Origin: an uncultured Candidatus Saccharibacteria bacterium
GTDB lineage: Bacteria; Patescibacteriota; Minisyncoccia; UBA6257
Direction of reading: 5' to 3'
Assembly: GCA_964479005.1 (NCBI GenBank)
Contig: CAYZJA010000002.1
Location: 161,278-225,277, forward strand
Length of the DNA: 64,000 nucleotides
The stretch's first letter is position 1. Each line of letters starts with the position of its first letter. Below the pieces are notes generated by a model. It had not been told where the DNA came from. It was given only the letters and a program-made list of their open reading frames with translations, and did no database searches. Of the stretch, positions 39,677 to 48,507 are shown one piece after another. The position numbers and the translations under genes were made by a program.

Positions 39677-40228
39677 ATGAAAACTATTTATTATTTATTT
39701 CAAAGTTTTCGAATAAGGGATTGGATTGGAAATCTTTTTGTTTTTATTCCTTTAATTTTTGCTGGATTAATATTTGATTGTGGGTTTTTTCTCAAGGCAG
39801 CAGAGGCATTCTTCTTATTTAGTTTATCTGCTAGCGCAGTTTCTATTTTGAATGATGTTTTGGATATAGAAAAAGATAAAAAACATCCAGAAAAATCTAA
39901 AAGGCCTATTGCTTCAGGTAAATTAAATTCCGGCATTGCTTTATTTGTTAGCTTGATTTTAATAGTTTTAAGCCTATGGCTTGCCATACAGATTAATTTA
40001 AAGTTTACACTTTTATTTTCTTTATTTATTATCTTAGATATTGTTTATAGTTTATGGCTAGCAAAAGTGCGTTTTGTTAATTCTATTTTCGTGGCATTAA
40101 CTTATGCATTGAGAGTTTATGCAGGTGGGGCCATTATTAATCTATCTTTAAACATTTGGTATTTTATTTTTAGTTTTCTATTTGGTTTATTTCATTTCTT
40201 TTATAAAAAGAAAAAAGAGCATCAATAA
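39677..40228 (+). CDS. UbiA-superfamily prenyl/phosphoribosyl-transferase, N-terminal half only (first Asp-rich motif present, second absent); possibly a truncated gene
   Basis: …ILNDVLDIEKDKKHPEKSKRPIASGKL… is the UbiA NDxxDxxxD…RP(I/L)xSG motif. The protein stops at 183 aa, before the expected second DxxxD motif, and pgpA starts at its stop codon. Confidence 0.5.
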   Translation: MKTIYYLFQSFRIRDWIGNLFVFIPLIFAGLIFDCGFFLKAAEAFFLFSLSASAVSILNDVLDIEKDKKHPEKSKRPIASGKLNSGIALFVSLILIVLSLWLAIQINLKFTLLFSLFIILDIVYSLWLAKVRFVNSIFVALTYALRVYAGGAIINLSLNIWYFIFSFLFGLFHFFYKKKKEHQ

Positions 40229-40698
40229 TGGATTTTAAAAGTAATTACAAAAACTTTTTTGTAAAATTTTTTGCAACATGTTTTGGTCTAGGTTATAGCC
40301 CTATCTTTCCTGGAGCGTTAGGAGTGGCTTTTGGGGCTCTAATCGCGTATTTAGTTCATCCATTACCTTTCTTTATTAAAATTCTAATAACATTATCTTT
40401 AATTGTTTTTGCTGTTCCTTTAAGCACTAAAGCTGAAAAACTTTTTCAGAAAAAAGACTGTAAAAAGATTATTATTGATGAGGTTGTTGGTGTATTAATA
40501 GCTACAATTTGGTTTACAAATCTATCTATAATTATGTTTATTCCCATTTTGTTTATTTATGGCTTATTTGATGCCATAAAAATATATCCCGCTAATGTGA
40601 GTGAAAATCTTTATGGCGGATGGGGGATTGTAATTGATGACATTATCGCAGGTCTTTATACAGCATTAACAGTTTTTATGTTATTAAAATTTGTTTAA
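40228..40698 (+). CDS. pgpA: Phosphatidylglycerophosphatase A family protein
   Basis: GLGYSPIFPGALGVAFGA, DEVVGVLIA and GGWGIVIDDIIAGL match PgpA's conserved GSGLSPxxPGTxGS, DEFxG and GGxGIMxDDxxAG blocks. Confidence 0.75.
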   Translation: MDFKSNYKNFFVKFFATCFGLGYSPIFPGALGVAFGALIAYLVHPLPFFIKILITLSLIVFAVPLSTKAEKLFQKKDCKKIIIDEVVGVLIATIWFTNLSIIMFIPILFIYGLFDAIKIYPANVSENLYGGWGIVIDDIIAGLYTALTVFMLLKFV

Positions 40699-40701
40699 AT
40701 T

Positions 40702-42666
40702 ATGATAACAATTAATTTAGGAAGAATTAAAAAAGCTTTTTTTCATCCAAAAGCGGCTTTTTTGTATTTTAGAGAATATTTAGAAGGCAAGTTTTTAAGA
40801 TTTATATCTAAGAGAAAAATTGATTTAAGAAAAGAATTATCCAAGAGGGTTTATAAACATTTAAGAAAGCATTTTATTAGAAGAAAAGAACCAAGATTTT
40901 TTAATGCAAATTTTTTAGAAGAGTTAGCTAATCAGAATTTTATTATAGATAATGCTGATAGAATTTGTAATCAGGAATTTACTTTTTTAGGTATAAATCC
41001 TAAAATCTTAAAAAACATTAAGTGGAATCAAGACATTAAATCAGGCCATATTTGGCCTAATTTGTTTTATTTAGATTTAAGAAAAAAATTTATTCATTCT
41101 TACAACAGGGGGTGGGAGATAAAAATGGTATGGGAATTATCCCGTTTCCAATATGTAATTCCTTTGGCTTTAGCTTTTTATAAGACTGGAGATGAAAAAT
41201 ATTTAAGAAAATGGCAGGAATTGATTTTAGATTGGATAAAAAAAAACCCTGTTTATTTTGGTCCTAATTGGATTAATGCTATGGAAGTTGCAATAAGAGC
41301 TTGTAACTGGATTTTCAGTTGGGAAATAATAATAGCAAGAAACAAAAAACAAAAAACAAGAAACAAACTGGGGAAGGAATTTATAGAGAAGTTTTTAGGT
41401 TCTTTGGTTGAACATGGAAAGTTTATTTATAGAAATTTGGAATATGCTCCAATTAGGTCAAATCATTATTTGTCTGATATTGTCGGTTTGGTTTATTTAG
41501 GAATAATGTTTCCAGAATTTAAAGAGTCAAAGAAATGGTTGAAGAAAGGTTTGAGGGCTTTAGAAGAAGAAATGAAGTTCCAGGTTTATAATGATGGCGT
41601 GGATTATGAACTTTCAATTGCTTATCATCGTTATGTAACGGAGCTCTTTTTATGGGCAGGGAGGCTATGTAAGGAGAATCCTTCGGCATGCTCAGGATTT
41701 AATTTATCTTTAGAATTTTGGGAAAAATTAGAAAAAATGATGGAATTTTCCAAGCACTATGCAAAGCCTAATGGCTTGGCGCCGCAAATAGGGGACGCAG
41801 ATGACGGGAGGTTGCATATTGTTTGGGAAGATTTTTATAATTGGGAAAAAAGAAATCATTTTGCTTTGTTTGAGCTTTATGAGAGGGTATTTAAATCTAA
41901 TGAAGCCCTTCGACAAGCTCAGGGTATAAATAGTAAATCTTTTTCTAAATCAGGATTTTATATTATGAGGGATAAAGATTTTTATTTAATTACAGGCAGA
42001 AATAAATGCTGTTATGGAAAAGGGGGAAGTCATGTACATAATGATATTTTAAGTTTTGAATTATCAATGCTTGGAAATGATTTTATTATTGATCCAGGTA
42101 CTTATGTTTATACTTCCGATTTTAAAGCAAGGAATAAATTTCGTAAAACAAGAGCTCATAATACAGTTATGATAGATAATGAGGAACAGAATCCTATATC
42201 TGAAGATCCGTTTTATATAGAACAAACAGGGGAATTAACAGTAAACCAATGGGAAACAAAAGGAGAAGGGATTATCTTAGAGGCAGAACATAATTGTTAT
42301 GAAAGATTAAGATGTTCTGTTATTCATAATCGTACATTCTCTTTTAATAAAAAAGAGAGGGCTTTGTATATCAAAGATAAATTTAAAGGTAGAGGTGATC
42401 ATGAATTAGAATGGAATTTTCATCTTTCCCCTAAAATCAAGATTTGGGTTAAAGAAAACAAAGCAGAGTGCAAAGAAGCTATTCTTATTGGGAATAACGG
42501 TTCTTTAATATTTTCTGTTCCTAAGATTTTAAATTGTGTTATTATAGAAGATAGAGTTTCTTTGTCTTATGGAAATAGAATTCCAGCAAAAACTATTCGT
42601 TTTACAGGATTTCTAAAGCAGGGCTTTCCAAGAGAATATAAGTTTAGTTTTAGGCCTTTAAAATAA
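40702..42666 (+). CDS. Heparinase II/III-like protein (alginate-lyase-like N-terminal domain plus Hepar_II_III C-terminal domain)
   Basis: …APIRSNHYLSDIVGLVYLG… and …GGSHVHNDILSFELSMLGNDFIIDPGTYVYT…. Confidence 0.65.
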   Translation: MITINLGRIKKAFFHPKAAFLYFREYLEGKFLRFISKRKIDLRKELSKRVYKHLRKHFIRRKEPRFFNANFLEELANQNFIIDNADRICNQEFTFLGINPKILKNIKWNQDIKSGHIWPNLFYLDLRKKFIHSYNRGWEIKMVWELSRFQYVIPLALAFYKTGDEKYLRKWQELILDWIKKNPVYFGPNWINAMEVAIRACNWIFSWEIIIARNKKQKTRNKLGKEFIEKFLGSLVEHGKFIYRNLEYAPIRSNHYLSDIVGLVYLGIMFPEFKESKKWLKKGLRALEEEMKFQVYNDGVDYELSIAYHRYVTELFLWAGRLCKENPSACSGFNLSLEFWEKLEKMMEFSKHYAKPNGLAPQIGDADDGRLHIVWEDFYNWEKRNHFALFELYERVFKSNEALRQAQGINSKSFSKSGFYIMRDKDFYLITGRNKCCYGKGGSHVHNDILSFELSMLGNDFIIDPGTYVYTSDFKARNKFRKTRAHNTVMIDNEEQNPISEDPFYIEQTGELTVNQWETKGEGIILEAEHNCYERLRCSVIHNRTFSFNKKERALYIKDKFKGRGDHELEWNFHLSPKIKIWVKENKAECKEAILIGNNGSLIFSVPKILNCVIIEDRVSLSYGNRIPAKTIRFTGFLKQGFPREYKFSFRPLK

Positions 42667-42684
42667 TGGAAACAATTTTAGAAA

Positions 42685-43995
42685 ATGTTGCAAAATAAAA
42701 TAAAATCTACATTTTTAATAATAGGGGATTTGCTCGTTTTCTATTTATCTCTGTATCTGGCAATATTATTAAGGCATAGTTTGCCCTTTAATAAAGAGAT
42801 ATTTTTCCAGTGTTTTTTGCCTTTTTCTTTTATTTTCTTAATTTGGATTATTTTATTCTCTATAAGCCATCTTTATGAATTAAGGCACGCAGCTAACAGG
42901 AAAAAGTTTTTTGAAATGGTTTTTAAGCTGTTTAGCTTTGCGGCTATTATTTCCGTTATCTATTTTTATTTATTTGTTCCTTCTTTTGCTCCAAAAAAGG
43001 TTTTGTTTTTAACTCTTACTTTTTCTTTTATCCTTTTTCTAATCTGGAGAATTATTTTCAACCGTATTATAAAAATTCCCAGAATTAATGTTTTAATCAT
43101 TTCTAAAATAAAAGAAGCCAGTGAAATAAATATGTTTTTGAAAAAACATCCTCAGATTGGATATGATGTAATTAAGATTTTGCCTCCAGAAGAAATAAAC
43201 CAAACAGCAAAAGAATTAAAAGAAAGTGATATTGATTTGTTTGTGCTTGATTCTAATTTATTTGATTCTTTGCTTTCTTATGTCCCTGACGCCAGACTCA
43301 AATTAAAAGTCGTTGATATTATTGATTTTTACGAATCTGTTTTACAAAAAACTCCGGTTGATCTTCTTCCATCATCATGGTTTTTGGAAAATTATTACAG
43401 TAAGAATTGGGAGTTATACAAGACATTAAAAAGGGTCTCTGATATTTTCGGTGGCATTATATTATTTATTCTTTCTTTACCGCTTTGGCCGATTATTGCG
43501 TTGTTAGTTAAATTGAATTCAAATGGGCCTGTTTTGCACAAATCTGTACGCATTGGGTCAAAGGACAAAGAGTTTCATATCTATAAATTTAGAACTATGT
43601 TTGATAAAGCAGATAAGATTGGGCCTTCCTGGACATTAGAAAACGATCCTCGTGTAACTCGGATTGGAAAGATTCTTAGATTTTTGCATTTAGACGAGAT
43701 TCCTCAAGTTTTAAATATTATCAAAGGCGATGTTTCTTTTGTTGGTCCTAGGCCAGAGGAAAAGAAATTAGTCGGTTTATTCAAGAAGAAGATTCCATTT
43801 TACCAGTTTCGTCTGTTAATTAAACCAGGAGTGATTGGTTGGGCGCAGATTAATTATCCACACAGCGCTTCAGTAGAGGATGCGCAGGAGAAATTGAAAT
43901 ACGATTTTTATTATTTGAAAAATAGGAATATATTTTTTGATGTTATTATTGCTTTAAAGGCATGGCGGATACCTTTTGAGATTCCTACGCATTAA
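42685..43995 (+). CDS. Polyprenyl-phosphate hexose-1-phosphate transferase (WbaP/CpsE-type 'bacterial sugar transferase'), the priming enzyme
   Basis: N-terminal TM helices. C-terminal …GPVLHKSVRIGSKDKEFHIYKFRTM…RVTRIGKILRFLHLDEIPQVLNIIKGDVSFVGPRP…. Confidence 0.85.
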   Translation: MLQNKIKSTFLIIGDLLVFYLSLYLAILLRHSLPFNKEIFFQCFLPFSFIFLIWIILFSISHLYELRHAANRKKFFEMVFKLFSFAAIISVIYFYLFVPSFAPKKVLFLTLTFSFILFLIWRIIFNRIIKIPRINVLIISKIKEASEINMFLKKHPQIGYDVIKILPPEEINQTAKELKESDIDLFVLDSNLFDSLLSYVPDARLKLKVVDIIDFYESVLQKTPVDLLPSSWFLENYYSKNWELYKTLKRVSDIFGGIILFILSLPLWPIIALLVKLNSNGPVLHKSVRIGSKDKEFHIYKFRTMFDKADKIGPSWTLENDPRVTRIGKILRFLHLDEIPQVLNIIKGDVSFVGPRPEEKKLVGLFKKKIPFYQFRLLIKPGVIGWAQINYPHSASVEDAQEKLKYDFYYLKNRNIFFDVIIALKAWRIPFEIPTH

Positions 43996-44100
43996 GGCTT
44001 GATTTTTGAGGGAAAATGGAGTATAATAAGAATCAAGTGGGTGTTTGTTGTTTTAATAAAAAACTTTGTTTTTCATCAAAACAACCCAACTATTTGTTGC

Positions 44101-44135
44101 ATTTCCGCTCTGTTTACAGAGCGGAAATTTTTTAT
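44101..44135 (+). terminator. Intrinsic terminator after the glycan operon (ATTTCCGCTCTG-TTTA-CAGAGCGGAAAT plus T-tract)
   Basis: 12-bp perfect stem followed by TTTTTTA. Lies inside the spurious ORF 44016-44255. Confidence 0.7.
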
Positions 44136-44251
44136 TCTGTTATTGGGTTGACTTTTGATTTAATATGTTTACACTTTATTTGGGGTCTGGAGGCTGAGCA
44201 CTCACTTATAACAAATAGTATAGGAGTATACCCTTCCAGGCCCCACTTCTT

Positions 44252-45190
44252 ATGAAAACTCCCCGTTGGATAAAAGAAAATATTTCTTTAAAAGAATACA
44301 ACACTTTTCGTATTAACGGAAAGACGAAATATTTTACAAAAATATCTTCAAAAGATAAATTGATAAGAACTTTACATTGGGCAAAAGAGAATTCTTTGCC
44401 TGTTTTTATTTTGGGAAATGGTTCAAACATTTTATTTTCTGATAAAGAATATCAGGGAATAATAATTAAGATAGAAAATAATAAAATAAAAAAGATAAAT
44501 AAAAAAACAATTGTTGTCGGAGCCGGAATGATGTTGATGGAATTATTGCAAAAATTTTTAAATAAAGGGTTTGAAGGTTTAGAATGGGCTAATGGAATTC
44601 CAGCAACAGTTGGCGGAGCAGTTTTTTGTAATGCTGGCGGCTTTGGATATGATTTTGGAAAATTTGTAAAAAAAGTTAGAACTATAGATTTAAAAACATG
44701 TAAAGAAAGAATATATTCACAAAAGGATTGTAAATTTCAATACAGGGGAAGTATCTTTAAGAAGAATCAAGAAATCATCTGGGAAGTTGAAATCTTTATT
44801 AAGAAAGGGGATAAAGCAAAAACAGGCAATATATTAAGGGAAAAAACAAAGAATTATTGGCAGTATAAGCTTAAGATAGGCTTATTTAGATATCCTTCAG
44901 CCGGGAGTATTTTTAAAAATATTTTTGCCAAAGATGTTCCTTCAAAATATAGAAAAGGGGCGACTATAAAAAAAGGAAAGATTTCTACTGGTTGGTTTAT
45001 TCAAAAATGCAATCTAAAAGGGAAAAAATATGGCGGAGCAATGATTTCTGATTTCCATGCTAATGTAATTATTAATATTAAAAACGCAAAAGCAAAAGAT
45101 GTGTTACATTTGATCAATCTTTGCAAGAAAAAAGTTTATAAAAAATTTAAGATTGAATTAAAAGAAGAAATTATTGTTATTGACTATTGA
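44252..45190 (+). CDS. murB: UDP-N-acetylenolpyruvoylglucosamine reductase
   Basis: …FRINGKTKYF…ILGNGSNILFSD… and GGAVFCNAGGFGYDFG. Confidence 0.85.
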   Translation: MKTPRWIKENISLKEYNTFRINGKTKYFTKISSKDKLIRTLHWAKENSLPVFILGNGSNILFSDKEYQGIIIKIENNKIKKINKKTIVVGAGMMLMELLQKFLNKGFEGLEWANGIPATVGGAVFCNAGGFGYDFGKFVKKVRTIDLKTCKERIYSQKDCKFQYRGSIFKKNQEIIWEVEIFIKKGDKAKTGNILREKTKNYWQYKLKIGLFRYPSAGSIFKNIFAKDVPSKYRKGATIKKGKISTGWFIQKCNLKGKKYGGAMISDFHANVIINIKNAKAKDVLHLINLCKKKVYKKFKIELKEEIIVIDY

Positions 45191-45406
45191 CATATTCTTT
45201 TTTAGAGTTAAAATTATAACAGTGGACAACTAACAACTAACAAATAACAATAAATAATAATTATAAATCTTTTTATTAATCGTTTTTTTGTTAATTGTTG
45301 ATTGATTTGGAAATTAAATAATAAAAACAAGCAGTGTCCATTTATGGATAACCTGTTATTACTTCTTAAGGTTGGTCGTCTGCTTGATTTAAAAAAATAA
45401 AAAAAC

Positions 45407-45637
45407 ATGGCCAAAAGAAAAGTTAAAAAAACCAGGAAAGTTAAAAAAGTTGTAAGAAGAAAAGTTAGAAAGGTTGTTAAGAGAAAAGTTGTAAAGAGAA
45501 AAGTTAGAAAGGTTGCAAAGAGAAGAGTTAAGAAAGTTGCTAAAAAGAGAGTAAAAAAGGTTAAAAAACCCGCTAGAAGAAAGAGAAAAGCCACGAAGAA
45601 GGTTAAAAGAACGAAAAGAGCTAAAAGGAGAAGATAG
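45407..45637 (+). CDS. Extremely basic (about 60% Lys/Arg) tandem-repeat protein (RKV/KKV repeats); candidate histone H1-like nucleoid or RNA-binding protein
   Basis: 76 aa, MAKRKVKKTRKVKKVVRRKVRKVVKRKVVKRKVRKVAKRRVKKVAKKRVKKVKK…. The DNA shows tandem 21-24-nt units (gagaaaagtt[a/g]…aaggttg…). Followed by a strong compound hairpin. The opposite-strand ORF is a mirror artefact. Confidence 0.6.
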   Translation: MAKRKVKKTRKVKKVVRRKVRKVVKRKVVKRKVRKVAKRRVKKVAKKRVKKVKKPARRKRKATKKVKRTKRAKRRR

Positions 45638-45641
45638 TTTT

Positions 45642-45713
45642 CACCCCCACACCATAACGAGCACTAAGCACTTTGCGCTAAATACGAAGTATGTGCTCAT
45701 TTGGTGTGGGGGT
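45642..45713 (+). terminator. Compound hairpin (outer CACCCCCACACC/GGTGTGGGGGTG, inner GAGCAC/GTGCTC) downstream of the basic-protein gene
   Basis: 12-bp GC-rich outer stem enclosing a second stem-loop. Weak U tract (TTTGCTTT) after it. Confidence 0.5.
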
Positions 45714-45767
45714 TTGCTTTATAACCTCTTTTTAGGTAAGATTTAGGTGGATATTTATTAAATATTT

Positions 45768-46124
45768 ATGAATATTAAAATCGTACCAAAAGATGTTGAA
45801 TTATTAAACCAACAAAGGGGGAATATAGAACAAAAATTAAAAGATTTAGAAAAAATAGGCCAACGTTATGGAGAAAGGTCTTTATTAACAATCACAATAG
45901 GTAAAATTATTTCTAACCAAGAAACAGGTGAGATTTTCTTTGCTGAGGCTAATTTTGCCATTCCAGGAAAAGATATAATATGTAAAGTGCAGGGAAGTAA
46001 TATTGAAGAAACCATAGATAGATTAAAAGATAAATTAAAAAGTTTAATGATTAAAAGTAAAGAATTAAGAAAAGGTCGTTTCAGAAGATTAGCGCGCGCC
46101 TTGAAAGACAAATTGCATTTTTAA
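45768..46124 (+). CDS. hpf: Ribosome hibernation promoting factor / ribosome-associated inhibitor (YvyD/RaiA family, short form)
   Basis: 118 aa with beta-alpha-beta-beta-beta-alpha layout. N-terminus MNIKIVPKDVELLNQQRGNIEQKLKDLEK resembles HPF. Immediately upstream of secA, as in Bacillus yvyD-secA. Confidence 0.6.
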   Translation: MNIKIVPKDVELLNQQRGNIEQKLKDLEKIGQRYGERSLLTITIGKIISNQETGEIFFAEANFAIPGKDIICKVQGSNIEETIDRLKDKLKSLMIKSKELRKGRFRRLARALKDKLHF

Positions 46125-46163
46125 TTTTATAATTGAAATACACTTATTTCAATTTCAACATAT

Positions 46164-48506
46164 ATGTCTTTATTAGATATTTTTTTTCCTGATTCCAGTA
46201 TTCGTTATCAAAAGCAAAAAGCAAATGTTATTGCTGAGATTAACGAAAAAGAGAAAGAGATTCATCAATTATCTCAAGAAGAATTTTCTAAAAGAATTAA
46301 TGAATTAAAAAAAGAAGTTGAACAAGAAGCTTTTTTAGATAAAATTCTTCCAGAGGTTTTTTCTTTAACACGGGAAGCAAGTTTACGCACTTTAAAGCAA
46401 CGGCATTTTGATGTTCAGCTATTGGGTGGTATTGGATTACATGAAGGAAAGATAATTGAAATGAAAACCGGTGAAGGTAAAACCTTGGCTGCTACTTTGC
46501 CAGTAGTATTAAATGCTATAGAAGACAAGGGTGTGCATGTTGTTACTGTTAATGATTATTTGTCCAAAAGAGATACTGTTTGGATGGGACAGATTTATCA
46601 TTATTTAGGATTAACAGTAGGATGCTTAAGTCATAATACAGCCTATATTTATGATCCTAAATACAAATTAGAAAACCAAAAAGAAAAAGAAGAATTGGAT
46701 CGGAAAAGGGATGAATTAGGTGGATTTAAAGTATTTGAAGAATTTTTGCGCCCTGTGGATAGAAAAGAAGCGTATTTGGCAGATATTACCTATGGAACTA
46801 ATACTGAATTTGGATTTGATTATTTGCGCGATCACCTGGCTTATTCTTTAAAAGAAAGAGTTCAGAGAGGACATCATTATGTTATTATTGATGAAGTTGA
46901 CAGTGTTTTAATTGACGAAGCCAGAACTCCGCTTATTATATCTGTGCCAGACCAACAAGCGGCAAAATTATATCAGGAGTTCACCCAAATAGTCCCAAAG
47001 CTTAAAAAAGATTGGGATTTTATAATAGATAAAAAAGACAAATCAGTAAATTTAACAGAAGAAGGGCTTGATAAAGTAGAAAAGATTTTTGGGTTTAATA
47101 TTTTTGACGAGAAAGGATTATTATATGTGCATCATTTAGAAACAGCTTTGAAGGCTAATTATCTTTTTTTAAAAGACCGTGATTATTTGGTAAAAGATGG
47201 AAAAGTAATGATTATTGATGAATTTACAGGTCGGCTTTTGCCTGGACGAAGATATTCTGGCGGACTTCATCAGGCTTTAGAAGCAAAAGAGAGGGTTCAA
47301 ATAGAAAAAGAAAGTAGGACAGTGGCGACAATTACTTTGCAAAATTATTTTCGTATGTATAAAAAACTATCAGGAATGACTGGAACTGCTTTCACTTCAG
47401 CAGAAGAATTTAAAAAAGTTTATAACGCAGAAGTTATAGTTGTCCCAACTAACAAGCTAATGATAAGAAAAGGCTTGCCTGATAGAATTTATGGCACAGA
47501 AGAAGGCAAATTAAAAGCTATTGCCAGAGAAGTAAAAGAAAGAAATGAAAAAGGTCAGCCAATATTAATCGGAACTCCTTCAGTGGAGAAAAATGAATTA
47601 TTAAGCTTATATTTAAAAAGAGAAGGCGTTTCCCATAATATTTTAAATGCTAAAAACAATGAAAAAGAAGGGGAAATAATTGCTCAAGCTGGTAGATTAA
47701 ATACTGTTACAGTGGCTACTAATATGGCTGGTCGAGGGGTAGATATCGTTTTAGGTGGTAATCCTCCTGACGAGGAACAAAAAGTAAAAGTTTTAGAATT
47801 AGGCGGCCTTTATGTTTTAGCAACTGAACGGCATGAAGCCAGGCGAATTGACAATCAGTTGAGAGGAAGATCTGGCCGACAAGGAGACCCAGGTTCTTCG
47901 CAGTTTTTTATTTCTCTGGAAGATGATTTAATGCGTGTTTTTGCTCCAAAATATTTATCTGGTATGATGAAAAAATTAGGATGGCCAGAAGACGAGCCAA
48001 TTGAACATAAAATGGTTACCAAGGCGATAGAAATGTCCCAATCAAAAATTGAAGGATTTTATTTTGATATTAGAAAACATATCTTGGAATATGATGATGT
48101 TATTAATAAACAACGAGCGGCGTTTTATAAAATAAGAGACGAAGTATTAGAAAAAGCTGAGGGCAACAAATTAAAAGATTATATAATAAATCTTTTCTTG
48201 GAGATAAACGAAAAATTCCCAGAAAGAGATTTTCAAGAAAAAGTGTCTGTTGTTGAAGAAGAAAAACTACAGGAAATATTAAAAGCTGTTTCCTTAAGAT
48301 TGTTAGACACTTTATGGCTGGAACATATTGAGAAAATGGAATTTTTGCGGGACGCTACATCTCTTCGGGCTTATGGGGGGAAAGATTCTTTAGTGGAATA
48401 CAAGAAAGAGAGTTATTATTTTTATAAAGAGTTAGAGCAGAGATTTAAAGCATTACTTGTAAATAATGTTAAAAAGATACTTTCAACAGAGATAAAGGTG
48501 AAGTAA
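46164..48506 (+). CDS. secA: Preprotein translocase ATPase SecA (short form, 780 aa)
   Basis: DEAD motor (…GEGKTLAATLPVVLNA…, …IIDEVDSVLIDEARTPLIIS…), preprotein-binding domain, helical scaffold domain. Confidence 0.95.
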   Translation: MSLLDIFFPDSSIRYQKQKANVIAEINEKEKEIHQLSQEEFSKRINELKKEVEQEAFLDKILPEVFSLTREASLRTLKQRHFDVQLLGGIGLHEGKIIEMKTGEGKTLAATLPVVLNAIEDKGVHVVTVNDYLSKRDTVWMGQIYHYLGLTVGCLSHNTAYIYDPKYKLENQKEKEELDRKRDELGGFKVFEEFLRPVDRKEAYLADITYGTNTEFGFDYLRDHLAYSLKERVQRGHHYVIIDEVDSVLIDEARTPLIISVPDQQAAKLYQEFTQIVPKLKKDWDFIIDKKDKSVNLTEEGLDKVEKIFGFNIFDEKGLLYVHHLETALKANYLFLKDRDYLVKDGKVMIIDEFTGRLLPGRRYSGGLHQALEAKERVQIEKESRTVATITLQNYFRMYKKLSGMTGTAFTSAEEFKKVYNAEVIVVPTNKLMIRKGLPDRIYGTEEGKLKAIAREVKERNEKGQPILIGTPSVEKNELLSLYLKREGVSHNILNAKNNEKEGEIIAQAGRLNTVTVATNMAGRGVDIVLGGNPPDEEQKVKVLELGGLYVLATERHEARRIDNQLRGRSGRQGDPGSSQFFISLEDDLMRVFAPKYLSGMMKKLGWPEDEPIEHKMVTKAIEMSQSKIEGFYFDIRKHILEYDDVINKQRAAFYKIRDEVLEKAEGNKLKDYIINLFLEINEKFPERDFQEKVSVVEEEKLQEILKAVSLRLLDTLWLEHIEKMEFLRDATSLRAYGGKDSLVEYKKESYYFYKELEQRFKALLVNNVKKILSTEIKVK

Positions 48507-48507
48507 T

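Noticed and set aside
44016-44255. 79-aa ORF between the priming sugar transferase and murB
   Set aside because: It contains a strong intrinsic terminator (44101-44135) and the murB promoter/leader region, has no motif, and overlaps the murB start. It is most likely non-coding.
45214-45594. 126-aa minus-strand ORF rich in Phe/Leu/Thr repeats
   Set aside because: It is the reverse-complement shadow of the Lys/Arg-repeat gene: AAA/AAG/AGA codons read as TTT/CTT/TCT. The plus-strand gene has the leader motif and the terminator hairpin, so the minus ORF is the artefact.
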